In this document: positions 49,697-61,742 of the stretch, one piece after another
How positions within the stretch are numbered: position 1 is the stretch's first letter
How the letters are laid out: the number at the start of each line of letters is the position of its first letter
Source: Podarcis cretensis
Lineage: Eukaryota
DNA: 64,000 nt
Assembly (NCBI GenBank): GCA_951804945.1
Contig: OX638149.1
Location: forward strand, 77,996,001 to 78,060,000
Direction: 5' to 3'
Position numbers and translations under genes: made by a program
The notes under the pieces: model-generated
Databases searched by the model: none
The model's input: the letters and a program-made list of their open reading frames with translations, nothing else
Told to the model about the DNA's origin: nothing

Positions 49697-50149
49697 ATGG
49701 CAGCAGGAGGAGGCGGACCTATGCTCCTAGCTATGAAATACAATTGGACTTCTCCCATCTCTGTCTTTTATTGTAGCACGTGAAACCTTGCTTGCATAAG
49801 TCACCCACAGGTATTTGTTCTCCAAGTGTTCATGTCTCCTCTGCCCAGTGCATCTGCACTCTGTGGCGCATTGGTAAACTGGATTTCTATGTGTTGTGGC
49901 AGAACAGGAAGCTAGCTAGATGATCCCATGTTCTGCAACATAGAAACAAAGCTACTGTGATGCAAATTATTTCCATGAGCACAAACTGATGGGAGGCCAG
50001 CATGTGCTACTGGACATGGGATGTGCAATGTCTCACCACTTATTTCTTGTTGGTTGGAGATTTGATGCTTCCACAGTTGTGCTAATCCCTTTGAAAGGAG
50101 GATTTCTTCTGTACTAAATAAGTGGAACACAAAGGCAGCAAAGAACTCA

Positions 50150-50570
50150 CAATGAGAAACAACATCCAGGAGAGATTCATGGTGGATTGATATTTTATGG
50201 ATTTAGCAGAAATGTTATAAGGAGTTAAACATATACAAGTATTTTAGTTTTAATGTTAAAATAAGGTTAAAAAAATGGTGAAAGGAGGGAAAGTAAAGTT
50301 ACATTATATTGAGATAAATTACAAAACAAAAATTGGAAAAGATGGAAAGGATTTGCTGAAATAAAAGGGAGGTGTGAGGAGGTCAAGGAAATAAGCGAAT
50401 GAAAAATAAGTTGGGAAGATTAGTTGTGTTTTTTGTTTTTTTGTTCTCTTTTTTTCTTTTTTCCCCCTCTTGTGTTGTTTTGTTTTTGTTTGGTATGGTG
50501 TTATTGCTTTTACTTTTGCTTTTTGTAACCCTTGAAAATTTTAATAAATATTATTTTGAAGGGGGGGGAA
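50150..50570 (+). mobile_element. L1-clade 3' UTR fragment
   Basis: GGATTTGCTGAAATA...GGTGTGAGGAGGTCAAGG shared with 11737-12251 and 59340-59926; AATAAA. Confidence 0.75.
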
Positions 50571-50625
50571 AGCAAACAGTTCAAAGCACCCATGATGCTA
50601 TTCCAGCAAATAAGAAAAGCCTATA

Positions 50626-50851
50626 CAGTGGTACCTCAGGTTACATACGCTTCAGGTTACAGACTCCACTAACCCAGAAATAGTCCTTCAGGTTAAGAAC
50701 TTTGCTTCAGGATGAGAACAGAAATTGTGCTCTGACAGTGTGGCGGCAGCAGGAGGCCCCATTAGCTAAAGTGGTGCTTCAGGTTAAGAACAGTTTCAGG
50801 TTAAGAATGGACCTCCGGAACGAATTAAGTACTTAACCCGAGGTACCACTG
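50626..50851. mobile_element. Tc1/mariner (pogo/Tigger-like) MITE
   Basis: TIR CAGTGGTACCTC...GAGGTACCACTG, TA TSD. Confidence 0.9.
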
Positions 50852-51024
50852 TATAGTACAATCTCTCTCTTTGAAACTTGATTTTGATTTTACTGTAGTA
50901 TTGGTGCCATCTTCTTATACTGGTTTTAGGTGTTGTATTTATTGTACAGTTGTTTTTATGTGTGTTTTCCTTTGAAGAGGCACACATTTGTATGTGCATC
51001 TACAAGAAGGCAGTTTCTGCACAT

Positions 51025-51230
51025 GCTGTAAAGGGAAATGAAGGGCAGGTGGGGCTGATTCACCTGGGAAGGTAGCCCATCAAGGAGAAGGAAAACTCTG
51101 ATCCTAAACCTCTGCTGCCTTGCGGCTATACTCATTTGTGAGAAAGGCTTTGGGAGTAAACCCTGAGGAACAAACCATACGCACTGTCTTGTGGGACATC
51201 TTCAGGAGAAGAGGCGAAGGAGTAAACCTA
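51025..51230 (+). mobile_element. Possible RTE-type LINE fragment
   Basis: GGAGAAGGAAAACTCTGA..TAAACC motif recalled from RTE 5' regions. Confidence 0.4.
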
Positions 51231-54200
51231 TGGAGTATCTGCAGCAGCACAACTGGACACTTTCATCTGTCCCAGCCACAACAAAACATGTCTCTACAGC
51301 CACGGCGGGCTCTGTAACTCTACAATCATCTGACTTCATCTGCAAAGGTGCACTCATCCATTGTCTACCAAGACAGAGGGATGCCAATCAGATTATCATT
51401 GAAAACTCCCAAGTTTTCTTCTATCTCTCACAGCTCATGAAGAGGCTGTTCTACCTGCTCTATATCAACACCCATAGTCATTCCACAGTTGTCCCCTGTC
51501 CCATCATTTTCCTCTCAATTTTTTGATACTGGTTGGCCTGATTTAATAACTGTGTTTACAACTGCCACCCAGAACATATCAGATCACTGGATCTCCTCTT
51601 GATTTATTGTTAAATGAATCACCAATGATGCAGAGAAAAGAATCCAATAAAAAACTCCTATGCTTTTCACAATGCTATTCTGAGTTCAGACTTTCCATTT
51701 AATTCACCATGCTCACCTTTTCCTGGAAATGATGCTGAGAAAGTTTATTTGGCTTTTTAAATTACTGCTAAAACCTAAACATTTAAGGCTGCAATCCATC
51801 ACCGTGGGACAAGTCTCTTAATAACCTGGTTATCTGCCAGTGCATTTGCACCATGCTGACCTTGCCAATACCCATCTCCTTCTCCCAGTATGTCATAGCA
51901 ATGCTGGTGACAGGAAGTCAGGTAAGTACTACTGCCCCACCCTGCCTCTACTGCATGTGGAGACAGTAGGCTAGCTTGGGGGTTGGGGTTGGACTGGGTC
52001 ACATGGCACATGGAACTCTGTCCTCTAACATCCTGCCAGTACTACCCATTCTCCAGCATCTGCTTCCGAGCCAGTTATCTCCCTCAGCCTAATGTTAAAG
52101 CCAGTCCTGCTTTGTGTATGTGCCCCACAAAATATTTACTTACTCTGCTAAATTTGCATTCTGAGGTGCTTATTCAGAAAGAATTATATGTGATATTTTT
52201 ATTCAGTCGTCCGCTGGTAACATCTCTCCATAATTTCTAGGGAAAAATTCCTCTGTGAACATAGATGTGGACATGATCTAGATCAATGAATCAAGCAAAC
52301 CTCATAAACAACCTGTCATGAACAACCATTTTTCTTCATGAAAAGTCCAGTCCACTGATATTTCAGTGACTGAGGCCAACACAATAACCCTTTAACTGAG
52401 GGAGGAGCGGTAAATTAAATACAGACGGCTTTAGAAATAGGCTGGCATGAGGTAAAAATGCCCAGCCTAAACTGAGATTGATGGACCCAACATGGGGTCA
52501 CTGACTGAAGTGCAATACTGTTGCCCATATTACTTACTTTTCTATGACCTGAACATGGGACTTCATTTTTTTATTATTAGAAAAGGGAGAAACGACAGTG
52601 TAAAGATTATAAAAGATGTAACAACATATCATTGTTCAACAAAAATACATAAACTGATATCTGCATGTTCAGAGAAATGTTGTGATTGACATATGTGGCT
52701 TGCAAGGATTCTAAAGTTGACTGGTAGATTTAAACAAAGGAAATAAAGCCAGGCTAGTAGAAAAAGAAAATAATAATAATAATAATACATTAGGAAAAGA
52801 GGTAGGCTCCAGCTTCAGGACTGAATTTCATACATACAGTAGATTGAAAACTGAGTGGGCAGGTGTTGCAGTTTCATGTATAGCAAAGTGGTCATCTGAT
52901 TGTTCAGTGGAGAGAAAATGTTTGCACTATACACTGAAGGGTGAATGGAGAAGTTCCCAAAGAAAGTACACAGCTACCTATGGAAGTTTGTCTTTGATTT
53001 CGTTTTTCTGGTGCCTCTCTAACGGCTTGGGTTCTTATGACCAGATTTACAGCAGACTTCAGCGCCTCGCCTCCCTTTCATTCCTCCCCCCCAGTTGTCT
53101 TTCATAGATTGCATTGTCATGCATTTTAGCATGGATTTCCATCACATCAGCAAAACTAGCAGCACGTCATCGCTGAATAATGGAGCACAAAACATTGGGT
53201 GCAAATAAATGGCACACTGAGTTGAGTGAAAATTTGGATCCTTGGAAAGGGGTACCTCTTTGCCCCAGGCCCTCAGCTTAGTAGATATCTGTGATTATTC
53301 TGCTTTGCTGTGCCCTGGAGATCTGTGCTCCTGTTTCATTATTCTGAAATTGGTAGGTTTCTGGTTTAATTTTATGATTGTAATTGTACATTGCACTTAC
53401 TTATGGTGTTTTGGTATGCCACCCTTGGACCATTTGGTGAAAGGTGGGCTGCAACCAACCAATGGTTATTTCAACCATTTTTTCTCGAAATACCACTGTG
53501 TCTTGGTTAACATTTATTTTAGGAACTGCAGTAGTAAATCAGATGAACATTGGAATGTGCAATTGAATGCACATAAAAATATGGAAACTCACCATTAAAT
53601 TCTATTTGATGCACATCTCAGAGGCGCTTTTCCAGATGCCATCCTTTTCTTTCAACAGAATGCTCGTTCAGATGCACATCATGCCCATTCACTAGCTGGA
53701 GTGTGCAAAATAAATAAATAAATGTGCTTATAGAAATCATTTTAAAATAGATTCTCCCATTTTTCTCCAGTAAGCTTGCTCCAGTGAACTAGTAGCGGTA
53801 ATCAAAAATGAATCAGAGACAGACGAAAAATAAAACAAATTGGAAAGATTTATTTAAATCAAAGGCCAGAGATGATGAAAGTATGCAAGCAATGAGTGAA
53901 ACCTGAAAATGGAAAAATGTATGAATGAAGTATAAGAGAGGAATTTATATAAATGAACAAATATTAGATTGTTAAATAAAAATAATGAACAGCTACCAAC
54001 AAAATGGGTTTTTGAGAAGTGTCCACTGCCCTGGAACTCAAATTTGTACATTAGTACAAATTCTATACTGCTACCATTTTTGGAAATGCTCCTTCTCATT
54101 TGATAACGACCAGTTAAATGTTATCAAAGTGCCAACTGACACTGAAATTATTTTCTTGCAAACCTGAGTAAATAGTACTAGAAGTATCAGTCCTCCTGCA

Positions 54201-54680
54201 GACCTTGTCCTATCTGGCTGATGACAGAACATAAGAGGCCCAAATGCATTTCAAATGAGCAATTTTTTGTACATTGTTCTTTCTTAGTGGAGTAGAAAAA
54301 GACTTTCCCCTTGCAATGGAGAGCTGCACTGGGTAGCTTTGTTTTTAAATACATCTAGTTTTTACACCTACTTTCTGTTCTAAGATATCATGTTTCACAA
54401 TTGTTATTTGTCATGTTTGTAGGTTGTAATTTTATATGTAGTTAGGCAGCACGTTATGTACTGAACACTGAAGTTTTAAAAGACTGGGACCTGGAAATGG
54501 ATTGCAACTCATTGTAAGGAAACTTGGTGATAATGTATTGTTGTGCATCACCCCAGTCTCTGAGTGGTGCAAGATTCCAGGTATTCCTGGGTTTGTGTTT
54601 CCTTTGGGATGAGGCACAGCAGAGACTGTGGTGTTTTTAGCAATGGCTTATTTACACATATATACAACCTGAGCCTGTGA

Positions 54681-54836
54681 CATAGCTGTCAACATTCCCC
54701 TTCTTTTGCGGGAAATTCCCTTATCCCAGCTCTGTTTCCCGCTGCTATCCCAGATTGTTAGATATCCCGTAGACTGTCACCAGGACAGGTGAGGCTGCTG
54801 ATCCCTTATTTTCAAATCTGAAAGTTGACAGCTGTG
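54681..54836. mobile_element. Small hAT MITE
   Basis: TIR CATAGCTGTCAAC / GTTGACAGCTGTG; perfect 8-bp TSD GCCTGTGA. Confidence 0.88.
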
Positions 54837-55088
54837 GCCTGTGATGGACAGGTTCACAGCCCAAGACGTCCCCCATAGCCACAGCCTTGGATTCCAGCAG
54901 AAATTAGGCACGGCTCTCTCTCTCTCTCTGCCTTTTCAGGCTGCAGCTTTACTTCCACCTTCTAGCTCACATGACTTAACTCTTCACTCTGGCCTTTTAT
55001 CTAACTAACAGACAGTTGCTTTCCGATCGGAAATTTTTCTGCTGCTGGGCAGAGACCCAAATGTTTAAATATTTGCCAATGTGTTTTG

Positions 55089-55089
55089 C

Positions 55090-55127
<38 letters not shown>
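55089..55127. repeat. (ATT)n microsatellite
   Basis: Read directly. Confidence 0.95.
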
Positions 55128-55129
<2 letters not shown>

Positions 55130-56043
55130 CAATCAGCCCCATGGCTGGAACCTATCCAGGTAATTCTCTCATGCTGAAATTTATCTTTTGAACTCTTTTG
55201 ATTACCTCAACGGCCTAGTTGTAGAAATTCCTGTTTTCAGACTAGGAAATGGTGAGCAAATATTTGATGCAATGATAAAACAGGACCTTCAAGATTCTTA
55301 AAAAGTTATCTGAATTCTCTTCACTTTAAATAAGGATCATTGCAGAGCATAGTCTTAACCAAAGAGGTTTAAGTAGTTCTAATTTCCGGCTGTGAGGCAG
55401 GAAGGGGGAACTCATGAACTACTAATAACCCTGTTCCCTTCTAAATGCAGGTGCTTATCCATTTTCACAATCCAACCTTTTGGGGAGTGATATAAAGTAT
55501 ATCATGTTCATGGCTATACATCGAAAAGGGGTCAACCAGTTTAGTACTACTCCTAACTAAAATATTTACTTTATTTGCTTATTATACACTGGTTGTTCAT
55601 TATAGACTCCCTACAAGGAGTTCTGGTGTGAACAACACAAGAAAATTCCAAGGCAGAATCCCAGGAAGGTAACTAAGATTAAATCTGCTTCACTTTAAAG
55701 GCAGAGCTACTTTAATGATTGTTAGACCAGGGCTGGGGAACCTTAGGCCTTCCAGATGTCACTACACTGCAATTCCCATAGTGCCTATTGGCCATGATGG
55801 CTAGACCTGGTGGGAATTGTAGTCCAAAAAAAAAAAAAATCTGGAGGGCCAAAGGTTCTCCAGCCCAAGTTATCTTTCATCTTTTTAAAAAGTAGGCATA
55901 ATCTGCCCTCTTTTTAAAAAAGTTCAGAAGAAGTACTTTGATCATAAAAGAGAAGTTTTGCCCGACTTGAAGCTTTCTAACAATTATCTGTGTCCTTCAT
56001 TCACTGGCTAAGGGCAAACATTTTTCTGTATGTCCCTCTTGTG

Positions 56044-56295
56044 CAGGGGTCAGCAAACTTTTTCAGCAGGGGGCTGGTCCACTGTCCCTTAGACCTTTTG
56101 GGGGGACCAGGCTATTTTTGGGGTGGGGCGAATGAACGAATTCCTATGCCCCACAAATAACCCAGAGATGCATTTTAAATAAAAGCACACATTCTACTCA
56201 TGTAAAAACATGCTGATTCCCTGACAGTCTGTGGGCCGGATTTAGAAGGTGATTGGGCCGGATCCGACCCCCGAGCCTTAGTTTGCCTACCCATT
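56044..56295. mobile_element. hAT/Charlie non-autonomous element (OposCharlie/OC1-like)
   Basis: CAGGGGTCAGCAAACT...AGTTTGCCTACCCAT termini; perfect 8-bp TSD CTCTTGTG. Confidence 0.88.
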
Positions 56296-56848
56296 CTCTT
56301 GTGTGACATGAGATCCCAAGCTGAAGGAAGAGGATTATGCACCATCTGAAGATGAAACTCTATTCTTAGGGGAAACAGAGGGTGAAATTTAAGATTGCAC
56401 TGCTGCTAATGGATTTGCAACCTGTCTGAGACTGCTTGGAGCAGGCACTGCATATATGAACCAATGTCTCCATATGAAGAGTGGACACAAAGGTGTTGCA
56501 AGGATCCTGGCAGCTGCAGAAAGGTTGCCATGATCACTTGAATTGCAACTGGTGTGCCAGTAGCTTTCATACGGAGATGCTGCTAGAACCAATGCCTCCT
56601 CATAATCTCCATGTGGTCGTGTGGAGCCTGGCGAACATATTAAAGAACATTGTCCAGATCAGAAATGGCAAGCTGACACGCAATGGGCCAGATCCACGCC
56701 TACCCCCCACCAAACAACTGTGTCACACCACGTTTTAATCAACTTTAGTGGGGGGTTTTTAAAGAAGATTGCTCAGAGTTTCAGTAGCAAGGAAAATAAT
56801 TTTGCATCCCAAAACTGGGAGATGCTCCACACTTTAATTTCACTCTTA

Positions 56849-57216
56849 ACTGTCAGCGGTCCTTTACCTTTTATAAGTCCAGTCGTGGACGACTCTGAGG
56901 TTGCAGCGCTCATCTCGCTCTACAGACCAAGGGAGCCGGCATTTGTCCGCTTCTGCAGACAGTTTTTCCGGGTCATGTGGCCAGAATGACTAAGCCGCTG
57001 CTGGCGAACCAGAGCAGTGCACAGAAATGCCGTTTACCTTCCCGTCGGAGTGGTACCTATTTATCTCCTTGCACTCTGACTTGCTTTCCAACTGCTAGGT
57101 TGGCAGGAGCAGGGACTGAACAACGGGAGCTCACCCCGTCGTGGGGATTCGAGCCGCCGACCTTCTGATCAGCAAACCCAAGAGGCTCAGTGGTTTAGAC
57201 CACAGCGCCACCCACA
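56849..57216 (-). mobile_element. Sauria SINE (subfamily B) with inverted tail
   Basis: TSD TCACTCTTA (56840-56848, 57217-57225). Confidence 0.92.
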
Positions 57217-57617
57217 TCACTCTTAGGAGTGGGTAAAAAAGCTCTGGACAATCGTTTCTGGAAGAAACAATGGGATATAATTTGCTTTCCATACAGGTTG
57301 CACAGAAAGGCAATGGGCCACTGCTAATCTGCCACTAGAGGGCACTCTCATAGGAAGCATTCATCAGGCTCTATACACATAAATGATGTTGCCTTAATTA
57401 TATAATTGTGTCCCACAATTGTGAAACACTTACTGCTGTTGACATTAGGCAGGCACCCTCAATATTTTTTTAAAATTGCCGATTAAAAAAAATAAAAATA
57501 AAAAAATTCAGCAAGCCTAACCAATCAAATAATGCAGTTACTTACATTAGTGTGTGTTTAGAAATAATTGCAATACTGATTTTTATCTGTGTTTTATTGA
57601 GAATTATTTAATGTATA

Positions 57618-59975
57618 CAGTGGTACCTCGGGTTGCAGACGCTTCAGGTTACAGACGCTTCAGGTTACAGACTCCGCTAACCCAGAAATAGTACCTCGGG
57701 TTAAGAACTTTGCTTCAGGATGAGAACAGAAACTGTGCAGCAGCGGCAGCAGGAGGCACCATTAGCTAAAGTGGTGGTTCAGGTAAGAACAGTTTCAGGT
57801 TAAGAACGGACATCCAGAGGACTTCCGGGTTAGCGCCATCGGCAATGGCGGTGTTCCTCTGACTGAGAGGAACCCGCTCCGTGGAATTCGGGTCGTGCCG
57901 CTGTGGCGAAGGCGGAGACCCTTTAAAAATCCCAGGCGGAGGAAGCCTGGGAACATGGGATTCGGCTGACACCAGGAGCGCCCCCCCTACCCACAGGGAA
58001 ACCCCTTTTTGGGGGTTCCGAAGTGACGTGGGGTGAGCGGCGTGGTGTTTTGAATCGACTGCTATTTTTTACGGAGTGAAGCCGCGTAGCCGTTGCCGGA
58101 GAGCGCTGACTTTTACTTGTGGACAATTGGATTTTAAAACAACAACCCGTGAGTAGAACGGAAATTGGGCTTTTAAAGTATTTTTAAATTGGCATCGATC
58201 GGGGAAGGTCTAAACAGGAAGTCCACCTCCCCTTTCTGTAAATAAACTGAAGCAAAGAATTTGTTAACTAAGGTCGTGGAGAGTCTTACCTAAAGGATTA
58301 AAGGATTAAAACTCCACTGATTGAAACTACTATCAATACTCTTTTGGAAGCAGGGAAGCCTGCAGGAGAAGGTCAAAATTTGGGAATTGAAGCGCCATTC
58401 CCTAAACCTGGGAGCGGTCTGCGAGAACCTGTGGATGGTGAATAGATAAATTTGACAGCTAGCTGTCAAGATACAAAAGAAGGACTTTGTTGCTATTGTC
58501 AGTTTCTGTGTTTAAAAAGAAGGAAGGCATTTGGAATCGCTACAATTTTACGTTTGGGACTTTTGGGACTGTGCTAGAAGGAGTGTAAATGGAAACTGTG
58601 TCCCTCTAGAGGGAGTTTTGGCATAGTGTTGCAAGGATGCAGCTGGGAAATTGGTTCAAAAGATAAAGCCTCTGAGAAACTAGCTTTGACCTTGGACATT
58701 TCAAGGATGGTGGCTGAGAAGGAAGTCACGTCTGAACTGAATAGGACATTTTATCTGCTGGGAAAGCTGCAAGAACAGATAAACGTCATGGTTACCAATG
58801 TTGAAATTTTGGGAACAAAAGTGGGCATCAGCAAAGAAGTAGACAAGAACCCAGCACAGGAATCTCTTTTAACTGAACAAATTGAAGAACCAGAGAAGGA
58901 GAAAGTTGCTGTTGTTAAAGTGATGCAAGGGGGAGTTGTAACCTTACAGAGGCAAATGGTGGATTATAACTTGAGGCCTTATACGTCTGCAACTAGGAGA
59001 AGCCAGTTTCTGGAGATGAGAGCCTGGCTTGGTTTGGAAAATGAAAGTTGGAGAGATCACCCTATGTGGGGATCAAATAACTTTTGGGATTTGAATCTGA
59101 GCCAGGTGGAGATTGGAGCCTCTGGGGCCCTTGGATTTGGAAGGAGTGTGAAACAAGATTTGGAATATTCTATGGGCCCTACCTTTAACTATGGAAGTCT
59201 GGCAGACTTGCTAAGAAGGAATATGACTACCGTTGGGTTGGAGCTCCCCTGAGATCTGTTCTTTAACACCAAAGACTATCAAAAAGATCGGCAGAAGGGA
59301 CATGAAAGAGAGTTAAGAACCTCGGACTTAAGATCTCCGGGTTGATGGACTTTTGGAGAACTGTTGGCAGGGGCCGAGACCGAGGAGGGGAGATGGTGAA
59401 AGAAAAATTGGGAATTTAAAGTGTATATATTGTGATATTAAAAAATAAATAAATTTTCTTTTAATGAGAGATGGGAAAATTGTGGAATGGAATTTTTGTG
59501 ACACTAGGGGAAACGTCTTAAGAGAATAAGTTCAGATATATAAGTTCTAAGGAGAAATAAGATTAAATAAAGTAAAAGTGGGTGGCTATTTGGCGAATGA
59601 GAGAATGGAAAATTACAGTATATTAATATATTAAGATAAGTTATAAGGATAAAAACAAAGATGAAGGATTTGCTGAAATATCTATTTGAATTAGAATACA
59701 AAGAGGGAAGGTGTGAGGAGGTCAAGGAGATAAGTTAAGAAAGGGAGTTATATCAAGGTTTAACTTGTTCTTTTGTCTTTTTTGATTGTATCTTTTTTTC
59801 TTTTTAGCTGTTTTTGCTTTTTTATTTTTTTATTTTTATTTTTCTCTTGGATATGTTTTATTTTTATATATTGTGTTCCTTTTTGTAATCTTTTAAAACT
59901 TGAATAAATATTATTTGGGGGGAAAAAAGAACGGACCTCCAGAATGAATTAAGTTCTTAACCTGAGGTACTACTG
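57618..59975. mobile_element. Tc1/mariner-type MITE (same family as 50626-50851) split by a 2.1-kb retroelement
   Basis: Left part 57618-57818, right part 59927-59975, TA TSD. Confidence 0.9.
57819..59926 (+). mobile_element. Non-autonomous L1-derived retroelement (HAL1-like): CpG-rich 5' end, single ORF, L1 3' end, no EN/RT
   Basis: 17-bp TSD AAGAACGGAC(A/C)TCCAGA at a TT/AAGA site; 3' UTR shared with other L1 copies in this window; ORF 58626/58707-59252. Confidence 0.8.
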
Positions 59976-61379
59976 TATTTGTTTTTTAATAGTTTTGTGG
60001 TTTTAGCTGTGTTTCATCTACAATTATGTACACCCTTGTGAGAGGTTTGGGATTGCTTCATCAATCTTTCTAAATAAATAAATTAAATAGATATATGTGG
60101 CAATGCCTTTATTGTTCAACCAGAGGCAGTGGACTGCACAGCAAAGCACACCATCCATTTCCCAGAACATTGGCTAGAAAATAGCATCACCCTGAGAATA
60201 TAGAAGCTGGCTATCCCCAGTCTACATTGTTGTCCCCCATTGTGTGCAGCAATGAAATTTATTCTCTGCATTGTGTTAGCGGAGTGACTCATTCTTTGAC
60301 CTTACAGAGAAGCTAAAACCCTGTGGTTCCACGGTCTCTAACAATGAGGAAAAGCCCTCCTTTGCTGATAATGTGATTAAGAGGTGAGTATTCTGGGTGA
60401 GGCTGTGAGCTTCCCACTTTCTAATCACTCCTGGCTTCTCGCTGTACTGCTTTGTGCAGTGATCTGGCCTTCAGCAAACGTTTGCTGCAAAAGATTCTTA
60501 ATGCACTTGAAGATAAATCGCCCTGTATTTGCTCACCTTGCTACTGGGTGAGGCCCCTCTGTTTGTCGGATTCAGTTTTCTAAAGCCTCATATCAGGATA
60601 TTTTGCTTTTCCATCTGATGCCCTTTATAGAGTTGCTCTATTCTCATAGCCTAACATACTCAGTTACCAAAAAATAGCAATGTGTGTGTTCATAGTTCAT
60701 TACACTGATGAGTCATTCGCTCCTTTATGCATTAGCAATGTTCACCGACAGGATATAGTTTAGAAAATTAGGAGATCCAAATCCTTGTCTTTGTTGAAAC
60801 CAGTAGGACCCTATCTAATGTCAGCCAGTTTGCACAGCTAGATGCTTGGGTTCAAAATGTCTGAGGCAAAGCCTACAGGGTCTTTTCCTTGTCAAATTTC
60901 AGCACCTTTACACCCCACCAACTTCAATGGAAGAGATTTAAACACAAGCTTAACTCCAGGACTGAGCCGAAATATCAGGCCCCACATTTGCAATGTTCTC
61001 TGCAAAACATGCCTCCTTTTTCAGCAATAATTGGAGGGGGTATGTATTGTAAAACAAGTCAGAGATGCTCTCCTACTTAGCTGAAGAACAGGATGCCCTT
61101 ACTTTGATTTGGTTTTATGAGGTTGTTACATGGCCAAATCTACATAGCATGCTGGCTCCATGATTCCTTATTGAAATGATCACATGGCCAGATATTTGAT
61201 GTGGATTTGGACCCTAGCAGGTGTGCAAGTGGTGGGGGTGGGGGGATTTTAACCCTTTACCCCCATGGTGGTCCCAATGCAGATCAATACACCCCCCCTT
61301 ACTTTAAAAACCAATTCACACAATTGCTAGTTTGGTCCTCACATTCCAGTATAACATCTCATGTTAGTAGATCTTCTAT

Positions 61380-61742
61380 AGGTAAAGGTAAAGGTACCCC
61401 TGTCCGTACGGGCCAGTCTTGACAGACTCTAGGGTTGTGCGCTCATCTCACTCTATAGGCCGGGAGCCAGCGCTGTCCGCAGACACTTCCGGGTCACGTG
61501 GCCAGCATGACGAAGCTGCATCTGGCGAGCCAGCGCAGCACACATGGAACGGCGTTTACCTTCCCGCTGGTAAGCGGTACCTATTTATCTACTTGCACTT
61601 AGGGGTGCTTTCGAACTGCTAGGTTGGCAGGCGCTGGGACCGAACGACGGGAGCGCACCCCACCGCGGGGATTCGAGCCGCCGACCATGCGATCAGCAAG
61701 TCCTAGGCGCTGAGGTTTTACCCACAGCGCCACCCGCGTCCC
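61380..61742 (-). mobile_element. Sauria SINE (subfamily A)
   Basis: Full-length body, (AAAGGT)n on the + strand. Confidence 0.93.
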
